This document shows positions 10,222 through 20,488 of a DNA stretch of 64,000 nucleotides, piece by piece; within the stretch, counting starts at the first letter, position 1; each line of letters starts with the position of its first letter. This DNA is from Desulfobacterales bacterium. Its GTDB lineage: Bacteria > Desulfobacterota > Desulfobacteria > Desulfobacterales > UBA2174. The notes below the pieces were generated by a model. That model was given only the letters and a program-made list of their open reading frames with translations, was not told the DNA's origin and did not search any database. The DNA lies in NCBI GenBank assembly GCA_963668645.2, contig CAXXWC010000017.1, positions 1 to 64,000 of the forward strand. Reading direction: 5' to 3'. The position numbers were made by a program, and so were the translations under genes.

Positions 10222-11382
10222 TCACGGTTTTTGGAAATCTTGAATCGCCTCCCACAAGGCACGCACCGCCGGTGTTCTGGTACTGAGCGTCTCGGCGGCG
10301 CGCCGGCTTGCGGTCCGCCACGGCTGTTTATCGACGGTCAGGTAGCTCACGGCGTGGCGGCGCATGTTGAGGATTTCGTTTTCCGGTTCGGCCCGGGCAA
10401 CTTCCGCGCTGAAGAAATCTCCGGCCTCATCGCAGGCATCGGCCAGGGCCGATTGCAGGGCCGGGGGCAGGCTGCCGTAGCGAGCCTCGTTGACGGCCAC
10501 CATCAAGGCGGGTGCCACGTCGCCCAGGCGGGTGACGAACCGGCCGCGCCGGCAGAATCCCAGCGGATAAAGGTGAGCCTTGTGCGTGGGCAGCAGATCC
10601 ACCTCCCCGCGCAGCCAGGCCCGGCGTACCCGGGGCCAGGGAATCACCACCGGTTTGGCGCCTAGCATTTTCCAGAACTCGGCTAGCAGCGGCGATCCGA
10701 AGATGCGTACCCGCAGGCCGCGCACCTGGTCCGGATGCGTGATGGGGCGGGTGGCCAGGATGACCCATTCCAGTCCCCGGCGCCAGTTCCAGCGCCGGTT
10801 GACCAGCCTGACTCCCTGATCGAGGAGCGGCTGGCGTACCAGCCGTTTGAAAAGGCCGGATTGCAGAAAGGCCGCCAACTGCGCTTCGTTCTTGAACGCA
10901 TACGGCAGGCTCAACAAATCCAGGGCCGGTACCAGATCGCGAAAGGCCGGCAAATCCTCGATGAACAGATCGATGAGCCCTTCGCGGAGCATGGCGGCCT
11001 GACGGGTCTGGGTGCCCAGAACGGTGGCCTGGAGCGGTACCAGCGACAGGCGGTCCTGGCTGCGGCGGGCCACTTGGTCGGCAAACCATGCCGTGGCCCG
11101 GCTTTCGGGGCCGGGCACGGTGACCATGGTCCCCAGGACCCGCGGAATCTCCGCCTCTTTTTGAAAGAGGTAGCTCAGCGGACGCTCCAGCACCCGGCAA
11201 AGTTCGCTCAAGGCGGCGATGGACAGGGCCGCCTTGCCGGTTTCGATCTTGGAAAGTTGCCCCTGGGACAAGCCGGCCTGGCGGGCCAGTTCTACGGCGG
11301 TCATGGCCGTAGCCTGGCGCAGTTCCCGAATCTTAAGGCCCACCTGCCGGCGTACCGCTATTTCGTCTGTCGAAGAATGCAT
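10222..11382 (-). CDS. XRE-family HTH fused to a TRAP DctP-like solute-binding domain
   Basis: N-terminal IRELR...ELARQAGLSQGQLSKIETG; C-terminal LSLPYAF, PITHPDQVRGLRVR, LGAKPVVIPW; no signal peptide. Confidence 0.85.
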   Translation of the reverse strand: MHSSTDEIAVRRQVGLKIRELRQATAMTAVELARQAGLSQGQLSKIETGKAALSIAALSELCRVLERPLSYLFQKEAEIPRVLGTMVTVPGPESRATAWFADQVARRSQDRLSLVPLQATVLGTQTRQAAMLREGLIDLFIEDLPAFRDLVPALDLLSLPYAFKNEAQLAAFLQSGLFKRLVRQPLLDQGVRLVNRRWNWRRGLEWVILATRPITHPDQVRGLRVRIFGSPLLAEFWKMLGAKPVVIPWPRVRRAWLRGEVDLLPTHKAHLYPLGFCRRGRFVTRLGDVAPALMVAVNEARYGSLPPALQSALADACDEAGDFFSAEVARAEPENEILNMRRHAVSYLTVDKQPWRTASRRAAETLSTRTPAVRALWEAIQDFQKP

Positions 11383-11388
11383 ATCGGT

Positions 11389-12537
11389 TCAGGAAAGATC
11401 TTCGAGCCGGGTGGCCACATGGATGCCGCGGCGTTCGAGTTCCGCCAGCACCCGCTTGGCAGGAACGTCAGCGATGGGTGAAAGCACGCCCGGCCCTTCG
11501 ATTTCGCCGCTGAGCACCATCTGGGCCGCGATGCTGGCCGTATAGCCCACCGTGCGGTTCATGGCAAAAAGTCCGGTCTTAAGATCGCGGTAATCGATCA
11601 ATTCGTAGGTCAGCCGCTTTTTCGATCCGTCCTTGATCCCCCAGGTCTGGATGCGCAGCACTGCAATATCCCGTTCATCATCGCGGTATTGCAGGCGCGG
11701 GTTAAGATGGTGGACCAGAAACTGCAGCGGTTCGTCTTCCAGGAAACCCATGTCCGCCATTGTGCGCCAGAAGGCGCAGTGGCCGGGCCAGCGGGCGGCG
11801 AAACGGGCCATGTCCCGAAGCTGCGGTCCATCAAGGCCGAAGCGTTGGATGAAACCGATGGCATCGCCGTTGGGGTAGGCTTCCATTTCGCCGAGATCCC
11901 CTACCCGGATGGTGTGGATGTGCTCCGGGCGGAAGATATGGGTACCGGCAATCTCCTCCATCCGGCCGCCTTTCAGAATCCGGGCCGGCCTGCGGTAGGC
12001 ATTGAGTACACCTTCCAGGGTCCAGTTGACTTTATACTTGATCGCATTGTCGGCCGCCGCCGGTTCCGGAACCCCAAGCCCGTAACTGTACAGGCCGTGA
12101 ACCTCGTCCAGGCCTTTTACCGCCAGTCCTCCCAGAATCAGGTCGATTCCCGGATCGAAGCCCATTTCCGGCATAATGGTGATGCCATTGCGGCGGGCTT
12201 CGGCGTCCAGATCTGCCACCCAATGGGCATAGCTGGTGTTGACGAAGGGAATTTTCGCCGCGATGCAGGCTTCGGCCACCGTATGTGCCAGAAAAGTGGG
12301 CAACATGCAAACGGCAATGGCCGCTTGGGTGCCGCGCATCAGTGCAGCCAGGTCTTCCTTTTGACGGGCGTCGATCTTTTGCAGGCGCACGTTCGGGTAG
12401 TTGCCGCGGCGGAGAAATGCGTCCGCTGCGCTGGTGTCCATATCCGCACCGATGATCTCGTCGATCTGGTCGTTTTGCGACAAATCGTGGATCACGGCCC
12501 TACCCTGAAACCCAAGACCGAGCACAAGTGCTTTCAT
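11389..12537 (-). CDS. Saccharopine dehydrogenase / lysine 6-dehydrogenase-like oxidoreductase
   Basis: VLGLGFQG Rossmann start, MGFDPGID, YKVNW, AMNRTVGY. Confidence 0.85.
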   Translation of the reverse strand: MKALVLGLGFQGRAVIHDLSQNDQIDEIIGADMDTSAADAFLRRGNYPNVRLQKIDARQKEDLAALMRGTQAAIAVCMLPTFLAHTVAEACIAAKIPFVNTSYAHWVADLDAEARRNGITIMPEMGFDPGIDLILGGLAVKGLDEVHGLYSYGLGVPEPAAADNAIKYKVNWTLEGVLNAYRRPARILKGGRMEEIAGTHIFRPEHIHTIRVGDLGEMEAYPNGDAIGFIQRFGLDGPQLRDMARFAARWPGHCAFWRTMADMGFLEDEPLQFLVHHLNPRLQYRDDERDIAVLRIQTWGIKDGSKKRLTYELIDYRDLKTGLFAMNRTVGYTASIAAQMVLSGEIEGPGVLSPIADVPAKRVLAELERRGIHVATRLEDLS

Positions 12538-12561
12538 GACAGAATTCGACTCCTTTCCAAA

Positions 12562-13467
12562 TCAGCCGGGAATGTTTCTCAGGCGCGGATCGAGGGCATC
12601 CCGTAGCCCGTCGCCCAAGAGGTTGATCGACAGAATGGTCAGCATGATGGCCAGCCCCGGCAAGGTCACCAGCCACCAGGCATCGGCAATGTACACCCTT
12701 CCTTCGGCCAGCATGCGGCCCCAGGTCGGCATGGGCGGCGGAGCGCCCATGCCGAGAAACGACAATCCGCTTTCCCAGATGATGATGTTGGCCACCCGTA
12801 CGGTGCCCAGGACCAGGATCGGCGACAGCACATTGGGAAAGATGTGGCGCAGCAGGATCACCCCGTGGGAAGTGCCAACGCTGTGCGCCGCCATGACGAA
12901 CTCTTTTTTCTTGATGCTCAGAACGCTGCCACGGATCGTACGGGCATAGGTAACCCAGTCCGAGAGCCCCAGAACCAGAATCAGGTTGAAGATCGAGTTG
13001 CCCAGCACCGCGATCACCGAGATGGTGAGCAGCATGAAGGGATAGGCCATGAACACGTCGGCCAGGCGCATGATCAGATTATCGGTGCGCCCGCCGAAGT
13101 AGCCCGAGATCAGACCCAGCACGATTCCCGTGGTACAGGCCACAAGGACTGCGGAAAAACCCACCAGAAGACTGACCCGGCTGCCGTAGAGGATGCGCAC
13201 CAGCACATCGCGGCCCAGATTGTCCGTCCCCAGCGGATAAAGCAGAGTCCCGCCCTCCTGCCAGAACGGCGGGGTCAGACGGGCTAGCAGGTCCTGGGCC
13301 AGGGGGTCGCGGGGGTAGAGGAGCGGGAAAAACAGGCTCGTGGAGAGGATTGCGGCCAGCAGCAGGCCTCCGGCCACCGCTCCGGGCGAGCGGCTCAGGG
13401 CCTGAAACGTCTCGGCCCAAAGGCGCAAACTGGCGCGCAGTTGATTGAAACGCCCGACTCCTTTCAC
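12562..13467 (-). CDS. Peptide/nickel ABC transporter permease (DppC-like)
   Basis: LGTDNLGRD, EAA-loop EFVMAAHSVG, ESGLSFLG, GDGLRDALDP; GTG start overlaps the upstream stop. Confidence 0.9.
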   Translation of the reverse strand: MKGVGRFNQLRASLRLWAETFQALSRSPGAVAGGLLLAAILSTSLFFPLLYPRDPLAQDLLARLTPPFWQEGGTLLYPLGTDNLGRDVLVRILYGSRVSLLVGFSAVLVACTTGIVLGLISGYFGGRTDNLIMRLADVFMAYPFMLLTISVIAVLGNSIFNLILVLGLSDWVTYARTIRGSVLSIKKKEFVMAAHSVGTSHGVILLRHIFPNVLSPILVLGTVRVANIIIWESGLSFLGMGAPPPMPTWGRMLAEGRVYIADAWWLVTLPGLAIMLTILSINLLGDGLRDALDPRLRNIPG

Positions 13468-14390
13468 TTGGCCTCCAGGTAGCTGATCTGGGGATCGAGG
13501 TAGAGATAGATCAGGTCGGTAATCAGGTTGATCAGCACGAAAAGGACGGCCAGGACCAAAACCGCGGACTGGACCAGGGGGTAATCCCGGCTGAAGATGG
13601 CCTGGACCACCAGGCGCCCGACCCCCGGCCAGGCGAAAACCGTTTCGATGATCACTGTGCCGCCGATAAGAAACCCGAATTGCATTCCGGCTACGGTGAC
13701 CAGGGGGATCAGGGCGTTTTTCAACGCATGTTTGCCGATAACCCACCGCTCGCGCAGCCCTTTGGCCCGGGCGGTGCGCACATAGTCCTGGTTCAGGACC
13801 TCCAGCATCACCGAGCGGGTCAGCCGGGCGAACATGGCCATCAGGCTCAGACCCAGGGCCAATGAGGGCATGATCAGATGGGCCAGCGTGCCCCGGCCCG
13901 AGGTGGGCAGCCATCCCAGGGTCACCGAAAAGAGCAGGATCATCATGATCCCCAGCCAGAAATGGGGCATGGAGAGCCCGAAAAGGGCCCCCAGCATGGA
14001 TGAGACATCCAAGAGCGATCCGCGTTTGACCGCCGAGATGATCCCCAGCGGGATGGAGACCACCAGGGCGATGAGCATGGCGGCGCCGGCCAGTTCCAGG
14101 CTGGCGGGCAGACGCTGGAGGATCAAGTCGATGGCCGGCACCCGGTAGTAGAGGGACATGCCCAGGTCGCCGTGGACGGCGCGCACGGCAAAGCGCCAGT
14201 ACTGCACCGGCAGCGGGTCATTGAAACCGAGCTGTTCGCGCAGGGCCTCGATTTCGGCATGGGAGGCGTCCGGCGGCAGCATCAGCATCACCGGATCACC
14301 GGAAAGATGGATGAAAAAGAAGCTGATAATGGAGATGCCCACGGCCACGTAGACGGTGTGCCAGAGCCTTTTGAGGATGTATCGACCCAT
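13464..14390 (-). CDS. Peptide/nickel ABC transporter permease (DppB-like)
   Basis: DYVRTARAKGL, IETVFAWPGVG, RDYPLVQ. Confidence 0.93.
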   Translation of the reverse strand: MGRYILKRLWHTVYVAVGISIISFFFIHLSGDPVMLMLPPDASHAEIEALREQLGFNDPLPVQYWRFAVRAVHGDLGMSLYYRVPAIDLILQRLPASLELAGAAMLIALVVSIPLGIISAVKRGSLLDVSSMLGALFGLSMPHFWLGIMMILLFSVTLGWLPTSGRGTLAHLIMPSLALGLSLMAMFARLTRSVMLEVLNQDYVRTARAKGLRERWVIGKHALKNALIPLVTVAGMQFGFLIGGTVIIETVFAWPGVGRLVVQAIFSRDYPLVQSAVLVLAVLFVLINLITDLIYLYLDPQISYLEAK

Positions 14391-14477
14391 TGTCCCAGGT
14401 TTCGGTTAGCGGGTGCCGGAGGATCGTTTCCCTGACCATCCGGCGCCCGATCATTTACATCGCAATACCATCCCAGA

Positions 14478-15974
14478 TCACTTTTTCGGCTTGGCCGTGT
14501 TCATGATCAGATAACCGTCGCGCAGCCCCTTGTACTGCACGGCGTTGGAGACGGCAAAGACCTCCGGAATCACGTAAAGATACACCCAGGGGGCATCCTG
14601 GTACAGAAAGCGATCCAGTTCGTTGTAGATTTTGACCCGGGCCGCGGGATCCAGGGTGGAGCGGCCCTTGTCCAGGAGCTGGTCCACCGTTTCGCTTTTG
14701 TAGTAGTAATCCCGGCTCTTGGAGTGAAAAAGGCTGTACATGTAGCGGTCCGGTTCCGGGGCGTCGTCCCAGAAATAGATATACATCTGGTGCAGTTTCT
14801 TCTTGTAGCGGTCCCACATCACGGCGCGTTCGAAGGGTTCGAGGGTTACCCGGATGCCCACCTTGGCCAGGTCCGCGGTGATCGCCTCGGCCTGCTCCTG
14901 GATCTGGGGCAGGTAGGTACCGTAGGCCAGGCGGGTCTCGAAGCCGTCAGGGTAGCCGGCCTCGGCCAAAAGCTGCTTGGCTTTCTGCGGATCGTAGGCA
15001 TAGGGCTTGAGGGAGGGGTCGGCGCCGAAGGTGCGCGGGCTGATGGGGCCGGCACAGAGAATCGCCTTGCCGTTGAACAGAGCCTTGTTGATCAGGGGGC
15101 GGTTGATGGCCTGGTTGACGGCCTGGCGCACCCGGACATCGCTGAACGGTTTCTCATAGGTGTTCAGACCCAGATAATTCATCGAACCCATCTGATCGGT
15201 GAGGTAGGCCTTGCCCGAGTTGAGGACCTTCTTGCGCTGGTGCACCGGCACGCCGCTGATCACATCCGCTTCGCCGGTGAGCAGGGCCGAGATGCGGGAG
15301 GCTTCCTCCGGGATTCCCTTGAAGATCAGCTTTTTGTAGGCCGGCTTGAGGCCGTAGTACTTGTCGTAGGCCGACAGCACGATCTCCTGGCCCTTGACCC
15401 ATTTGTCCAGCTTGTAGGCCCCGCAGCCGACGGGCTTGAGGTTGTATTCGGCATCTCCCACCTGCTGGACGTATTTCGGCGGCACGATAAACAGATACTG
15501 GGCCAGCATGTAAAGCCCCGGGGCATACGGCTGCTTCATAGTGATGGTGAACGTGCGGTCGTCGATGACCTTGACTTCTTTGAAACTGTTGAGTTTGCCG
15601 CGGTGGGGACTCTTGAGCGCGTCGCTCGTGATGCGTTCGAAGGAAAATTTTACCGCCTCGGCGTTGATAGGCTCCCCGTTGTGGAAGGTGGCGCCGGCGA
15701 CCAGGGTGAATTTCCAGGTCAGGTCGTCCACCGCTTCCCATTTTTCGGCCAGTCCCGGTTTGACCGTGGCGTCCTCCTGGGGTTTGAGCAGGGTGTCATG
15801 GATGTTATAGCCGACGCTCATGGTGGTCTGGATGGAGCTTTGCATGATGTCCAGTCCTACCGGTTCGGCTTCTTGCACCACTACGAGGGTGTCCCCAGTC
15901 GCTGCTGCCGGACCGGCGCAAACCAGGCCGGCGAAAACCACCGATAGGATGATCCGCATCAATTTCCGCTTCAT
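14478..15974 (-). CDS. ABC transporter solute-binding protein, family 5 (DppA-like)
   Basis: Signal peptide MKRKLMR...AAA, PGLAEKWE, FHNGEP, DVRVRQA; GGAGG RBS. Confidence 0.92.
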   Translation of the reverse strand: MKRKLMRIILSVVFAGLVCAGPAAATGDTLVVVQEAEPVGLDIMQSSIQTTMSVGYNIHDTLLKPQEDATVKPGLAEKWEAVDDLTWKFTLVAGATFHNGEPINAEAVKFSFERITSDALKSPHRGKLNSFKEVKVIDDRTFTITMKQPYAPGLYMLAQYLFIVPPKYVQQVGDAEYNLKPVGCGAYKLDKWVKGQEIVLSAYDKYYGLKPAYKKLIFKGIPEEASRISALLTGEADVISGVPVHQRKKVLNSGKAYLTDQMGSMNYLGLNTYEKPFSDVRVRQAVNQAINRPLINKALFNGKAILCAGPISPRTFGADPSLKPYAYDPQKAKQLLAEAGYPDGFETRLAYGTYLPQIQEQAEAITADLAKVGIRVTLEPFERAVMWDRYKKKLHQMYIYFWDDAPEPDRYMYSLFHSKSRDYYYKSETVDQLLDKGRSTLDPAARVKIYNELDRFLYQDAPWVYLYVIPEVFAVSNAVQYKGLRDGYLIMNTAKPKK

Positions 15975-17017
15975 ACGCTTCCTCCTTTGAGTTGGGGGTG
16001 GGACCGGGTTCCCGTTGGGGAAGCCGGCGGCTTGGCGATCCATTCGTCGTGATGGTTGTAAAGATGGCAACAGACGCGATGGCGGTCCGCCACCTGCCGC
16101 ATGTGCGGCGCTTCCCGGCGGCAGATCTCCATGGCCTCCGGGCAGCGGGGGTGGAAATGACAGCCTGGAGGAGGGTTGATAGGCGAGGGGACGTCTCCTT
16201 GCAGGACGATACGCCGGCGCCGGCGCCGCGGATCCGGTATCGGCACCGCCGAGAGCAGTGCCCGAGTGTAGGGATGGGCCGGTTGATCATAGATGGTTTT
16301 CACATCCGCCAGTTCCACGATCCGTCCCAGATACATGACCCCCACCCGGTGGCTCACGTAGCGGATTACCGACAGGTCGTGGGAAATGAAAAGAAAGGAA
16401 AGCTTGAGCTGCCGCTGCAGGCGGACCATGAGATTCAATACCTGGGCGCGCACCGAGACATCCAGGGCTGAGACCGGTTCGTCGCCGATCACCAGCCGTG
16501 GTTGCAGCACCAGGGCCCGGGCCACGCAGATGCGCTGGCGCTGCCCGCCGGAAAACTCGTGGGGAAAGCGTGTCATGTGCTCGGGCAGAAGCCCCACCGT
16601 TTCGAGCGCTTCGGCCACCCGTTGCTTGCGTAGGGTGCCGTTGAGGGTCTCATAGTTGAGCAGCGGCTCTTCCACGATGCGCTCCACCGTCAGGCGGGGG
16701 TTGAGCGATCCGAAGGGGTCCTGGAAAACGATTTGCATGCGGCGGCGATGCCGGCGCAGCCGGTTTGCATCCAGGGACAGAATGTTTTCCCCCTCGAACC
16801 AGACCTCGCCCGCGGTCGGTTCGATCAACCGCAGGAGGCTGAAGCCGGTGGTGGATTTGCCGCAGCCGGATTCACCCACCAGCCCCAGGGTCTCGTTTTC
16901 CCCGATGCTGAAAGAGACGTCGTCCACGGCGTGGACCACGGCGCGCCGGCGGCCCCAGAACCCGCGCCGCAGGGGAAAGTGCTTGATCAAATGGTTGACT
17001 TCGAGCAGTTCAGTCAT
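15971..17017 (-). CDS. Peptide ABC transporter ATPase (DppF-like)
   Basis: [22 protein letters not shown]-terminal GCHFHPRC. Confidence 0.93.
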   Translation of the reverse strand: MTELLEVNHLIKHFPLRRGFWGRRRAVVHAVDDVSFSIGENETLGLVGESGCGKSTTGFSLLRLIEPTAGEVWFEGENILSLDANRLRRHRRRMQIVFQDPFGSLNPRLTVERIVEEPLLNYETLNGTLRKQRVAEALETVGLLPEHMTRFPHEFSGGQRQRICVARALVLQPRLVIGDEPVSALDVSVRAQVLNLMVRLQRQLKLSFLFISHDLSVIRYVSHRVGVMYLGRIVELADVKTIYDQPAHPYTRALLSAVPIPDPRRRRRRIVLQGDVPSPINPPPGCHFHPRCPEAMEICRREAPHMRQVADRHRVCCHLYNHHDEWIAKPPASPTGTRSHPQLKGGSV

Positions 17018-17978
17018 CGGTCACCGCCCAGCAGGCCACCCGGTGGTTCTCGCCCACCGCCTTCAGCGGTGGGACCTCGGCGCGGCAGACGGCCATCGAC
17101 CACGGGCAGCGCGGCTCGAAATGGCATCCGGGCGGCAGGGACCCCAGCCCGGGTACCACACCCTGGATTTCCGTCAGGGCTTCGGTTTCGAAGCTGGCGT
17201 CCGCCCGGGGAATGGCCCCCATCAAGCCCTGAGTGTAAGGGTGCAAAGGCCGGTCGAAGAGTTCCAGGGTCGTGGCCTCCTCCATGATCCGGCCGGTGTA
17301 CATCACCGCAACGCGCTGGGCCATTTCGGCCACGACCCCCAGATCGTGGGTGATCAGTAAAATGGCGGTGTCCAAGTCCTCCTTAAGGGCGAGCATCAAT
17401 TCTAAAATCTGGGCCTGGATGCTGACATCCAGGGCGGTGGTGGGCTCATCGGCCAGCAGCAGGGCGGGGTTGCAGGCCAACGCCATGGCGATCATCACCC
17501 TTTGGCGCATTCCTCCGGAGAGCTGGTAGGGATATTCCCTTACCCGCCGCCGGGGAGCCGGAACCCCTACCCGGGCCAGCATTTCAACCGATTGTGCCAA
17601 GGCCTCGGCCCTGTCCAGGCGGCGGTGGACGCGAAACACTTCCATGAGCTGATTGCCCACGGTAAATACCGGATTGAGGGCCGTCATGGGCTCCTGGAAA
17701 ATCATGCTGATGGCATTGCCCCGCAACTGCCGCAGCTCCTCTTGCGAAAGTTGGAGCAGATCCTGCTCCTGGAAGAGGATTTTCCCGCCTTCCACAAAGG
17801 CCGGCGGGCGGGGCAGAAGACCGAGAATCGAGAGGGCCAGCACCGACTTGCCGCAGCCCGATTCACCCACCACGCCCAGAATTTCTCCCCGGGACAGGGA
17901 AAGGCTGACCCCATCCACAGCGTGGATCGCCCCATGGGGGGTATGGAAGCCGGTAATCAGGTTTTGTATTAGAAGCAC
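17010..17978 (-). CDS. Peptide ABC transporter ATPase (DppD-like)
   Basis: [24 protein letters not shown]. Confidence 0.93.
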   Translation of the reverse strand: MLLIQNLITGFHTPHGAIHAVDGVSLSLSRGEILGVVGESGCGKSVLALSILGLLPRPPAFVEGGKILFQEQDLLQLSQEELRQLRGNAISMIFQEPMTALNPVFTVGNQLMEVFRVHRRLDRAEALAQSVEMLARVGVPAPRRRVREYPYQLSGGMRQRVMIAMALACNPALLLADEPTTALDVSIQAQILELMLALKEDLDTAILLITHDLGVVAEMAQRVAVMYTGRIMEEATTLELFDRPLHPYTQGLMGAIPRADASFETEALTEIQGVVPGLGSLPPGCHFEPRCPWSMAVCRAEVPPLKAVGENHRVACWAVTDD

Positions 17979-18253
17979 AATGATCGACCAAACGCCAAAA
18001 GAATAAAAAAACTGGTCAGGAAATTATAGCGGGATAATTACGTCATATGGCAGAGAGAAATATGCCTGTCAAGAATAATTTTAAAGAGAAAAACAAAACC
18101 GCTCTTGCTCCCCTTGCGGAGGCAGGACATCGATCAGAAAATGGCATTTTCTCGGACTGGCGGTCGACGGCGTTTTTTGCCCGCCGGCCGCGTTTAGGCA
18201 GGGGCCTGCCCGTTGCTTCACGCCCCGGTCATGGGTCCGACGGTGACCTGGGA

Positions 18254-18556
18254 TCACCCACCCAAGCGGGCGCCGACGAAATATGCCTCGTAGTTGGCCG
18301 GCTGCTCCTGATAGACTTCGAGCATCGCCTCAAACTGCTTGCGTACGGAATTGTTCTTCCAGGCGAGCCAGCTTTCGAGATTCTCCCAGGTGCCGATTAC
18401 GAGAACCTTGCGGGGATCTTCTGCCGCGCTTAAACTGATGCCCGAGAGGTACCCGGGCATTTCCATGGCCTTGGCCCGCAGTTCACGCAGCAGGTGGAGG
18501 ATTTCGATTTCGTTGCCCTTGCGAAAGTGCCGTTTGATCAAGACCTTGGTCAGCAT
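18254..18556 (-). CDS. Antibiotic biosynthesis monooxygenase (ABM) family protein
   Basis: 100 aa with MPGYLSG and WENLESWLAW; GGAGG RBS. Confidence 0.8.
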   Translation of the reverse strand: MLTKVLIKRHFRKGNEIEILHLLRELRAKAMEMPGYLSGISLSAAEDPRKVLVIGTWENLESWLAWKNNSVRKQFEAMLEVYQEQPANYEAYFVGARLGG

Positions 18557-18672
18557 GTTGCCCTCCTTGGCGCTTGGCGCCGGTCGGCGCGCGGTTGGCA
18601 TCAATCGTGAGGCTTTGCAGATTGATTGTCGCTATCTGATATCCTGGCCCGTACGGGCGTAAAAGGCAAGTG

Positions 18673-18698
18673 AAAAGCCCCGCCGAAGCGGGGCTTTT
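18673..18698. terminator. Bidirectional intrinsic terminator
   Basis: AAAAGCCCCGC-CGAA-GCGGGGCTTTT downstream of the oadB-like gene. Confidence 0.85.
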
Positions 18699-18728
18699 CA
18701 AGGTTTGGAGGGAAGGGGCGAGGATGGG

Positions 18729-19856
18729 CTATTTAAGCATGAAGCTCCAAAGGATCCCGGCGCAAGTGGCCGATCCGATGACTCCGGAGGAGTTGCAGGC
18801 CATGGCGGTCATGAGCAGGTAGTTGGTCGGATCGGCTTTGAGGCCCTGCAAGTGAACCTCGCGGGCCGATCCCGGCACGGCCGAAACCCCGGCCGCCCCC
18901 AAGAGGGGATTGATTTTGTTTTTCATGAAAAGGTTCATGATTTTGGCGAAGATGATCCCCGAGGCGGTGGCCACCGAAAAGGCCGCTGCGCCGAGGCAGA
19001 AGATCATAATCGAGCGGCCGACCAGAAAGACATCGGCCTGGGTGCTGGCCCCCACGGTGAGCCCGAGAAAGATGGTGGCCGCGTCGATGATGGCGTTGCG
19101 CGCGGTGCCGGCCAGGCGTTCCACCACCCCGCACTCTTTCATGAAGTTGCCGAAAAAGAAGGGTCCCAGCAAGGGGATGGATGTGGGCGCCAGCATGCAG
19201 CAGACCAGCACGCCGATGACCGGAAAGAAAAGCAGTTCCTTGCGCGACACCTCCCGCGGTTCATACATGTGGATGCGCCGTTCCTTTTCGGTGGTCAACA
19301 GCCGCATGATGGGCGGCTGGATTACCGGGATCAAGGCCATGTAGGAATAGGCGGCGATGGCGATGGGGCCGATGAGGTGGGGCGCCAGCTTGGCGGTCAG
19401 AAAGATCGAAGTCGGTCCGTCGGCTCCGCCGATGATGCCGATGGAGGCGGCCTCTTCGGGAAGGAAACCGAGATAAAGGGCGCCGATGAAAGTGGTGAAG
19501 ATCCCCATCTGGGCCGCCGCTCCGAGCAGCATCAGTTTCGGATAGGCCAAAAGCGATGAAAAGTCGGTCATCGCCCCCAGGCCGAGGAACACGATGGACG
19601 GATAGAGGCCGGTGGTGACGCCGAAATAGAGATAGTGCAGTACGCTGTTGGATTCGTAGATGCCGATGCCGAAGCCGCGAAAGAACGGGATGTTGCCGAT
19701 GATGATGCCAAAACCGATGGGTACCAGCAGCAGCGGTTCATAATGCTTGGCCGTGGCCAGATAGACGAAGAGCACCCCGACGGCCAGCATGATCAGGTTG
19801 CGATAGTCTGTCAGAAAAAAACCGGTATTGTTGAGGAACGAAAGAAATAGGTCCAT
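18729..19856 (-). CDS. Na+-translocating decarboxylase beta subunit (OadB/MmdB family)
   Basis: YEPLLLVPIGFG, IGIIGGADGPTSI, AAYSYMAL, GVSAVP; hydrophobic. Confidence 0.93.
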   Translation of the reverse strand: MDLFLSFLNNTGFFLTDYRNLIMLAVGVLFVYLATAKHYEPLLLVPIGFGIIIGNIPFFRGFGIGIYESNSVLHYLYFGVTTGLYPSIVFLGLGAMTDFSSLLAYPKLMLLGAAAQMGIFTTFIGALYLGFLPEEAASIGIIGGADGPTSIFLTAKLAPHLIGPIAIAAYSYMALIPVIQPPIMRLLTTEKERRIHMYEPREVSRKELLFFPVIGVLVCCMLAPTSIPLLGPFFFGNFMKECGVVERLAGTARNAIIDAATIFLGLTVGASTQADVFLVGRSIMIFCLGAAAFSVATASGIIFAKIMNLFMKNKINPLLGAAGVSAVPGSAREVHLQGLKADPTNYLLMTAMACNSSGVIGSATCAGILWSFMLK

Positions 19857-19859
19857 CGT

Positions 19860-20276
19860 TTAGTCTTCCTGCGTGACTGCGGCTTCGGATTTCCAGGTAA
19901 ACGCTCCACCACCCTCGGGGTGCAAGATCCCTCGATGTTGCAGGCGAGAAAGGCTCAGATGGGGGTGGGGGATGTCATTCTCACGGCAGAGGCGGTAGAG
20001 TTCGGCAAGTTGAAAAGGCTCTCCGAGCTTGGCGGCCAAGGGCTCGATCTGGCTGGCGATATCCTTCTTGCCGGGCTTTTCGGCCGTTTTGGCCGGTTCC
20101 GGTGGCGCCGGGGCACCAGGTTGCTGCGAGGCCGTCTGTTTTTCTAATAATTTTAAAATCCTTGGCAATTGGGAGATGAAAAAAGAAAGCACTGCCAAGC
20201 CGGCAAAAACAATACTGGCGCCCAACACCGCGATCATCCAGCCGTTGTAATGGGCGACTGCCGCAAAACCGGTCAA
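19860..20276 (-). CDS. OadG-family (gamma/delta) subunit with C-terminal extension
   Basis: Single N-terminal TM segment, Pro/Ala linker, adjacent to the beta subunit; TTG start after GGAAGG. Confidence 0.75.
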   Translation of the reverse strand: MTGFAAVAHYNGWMIAVLGASIVFAGLAVLSFFISQLPRILKLLEKQTASQQPGAPAPPEPAKTAEKPGKKDIASQIEPLAAKLGEPFQLAELYRLCRENDIPHPHLSLSRLQHRGILHPEGGGAFTWKSEAAVTQED

Positions 20277-20488
20277 GATGCACCTTCCTCATGGGGATGC
20301 GGCCTGACCATTACCCCGGAGCTTTGGGGGACGGCCGGCACGCTCTGTCCGGACTTAAAAGTTTCAGCTTGCGAAGCCATCCGGCCGAACATCCACAAGC
20401 CATTGGAATAGAAGATAAACATTCCATTCTTTCCTCTCTTTCAAGAAAAGGACGGAAAATTTCCGTAGAGCATATTTCTTAGCGCTTG

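Noticed and set aside
11700..11760. Possible short in-frame deletion in the saccharopine dehydrogenase-like gene (EDEPL-QFLV)
   Set aside because: It cannot be established without an alignment, and the reading frame is intact.
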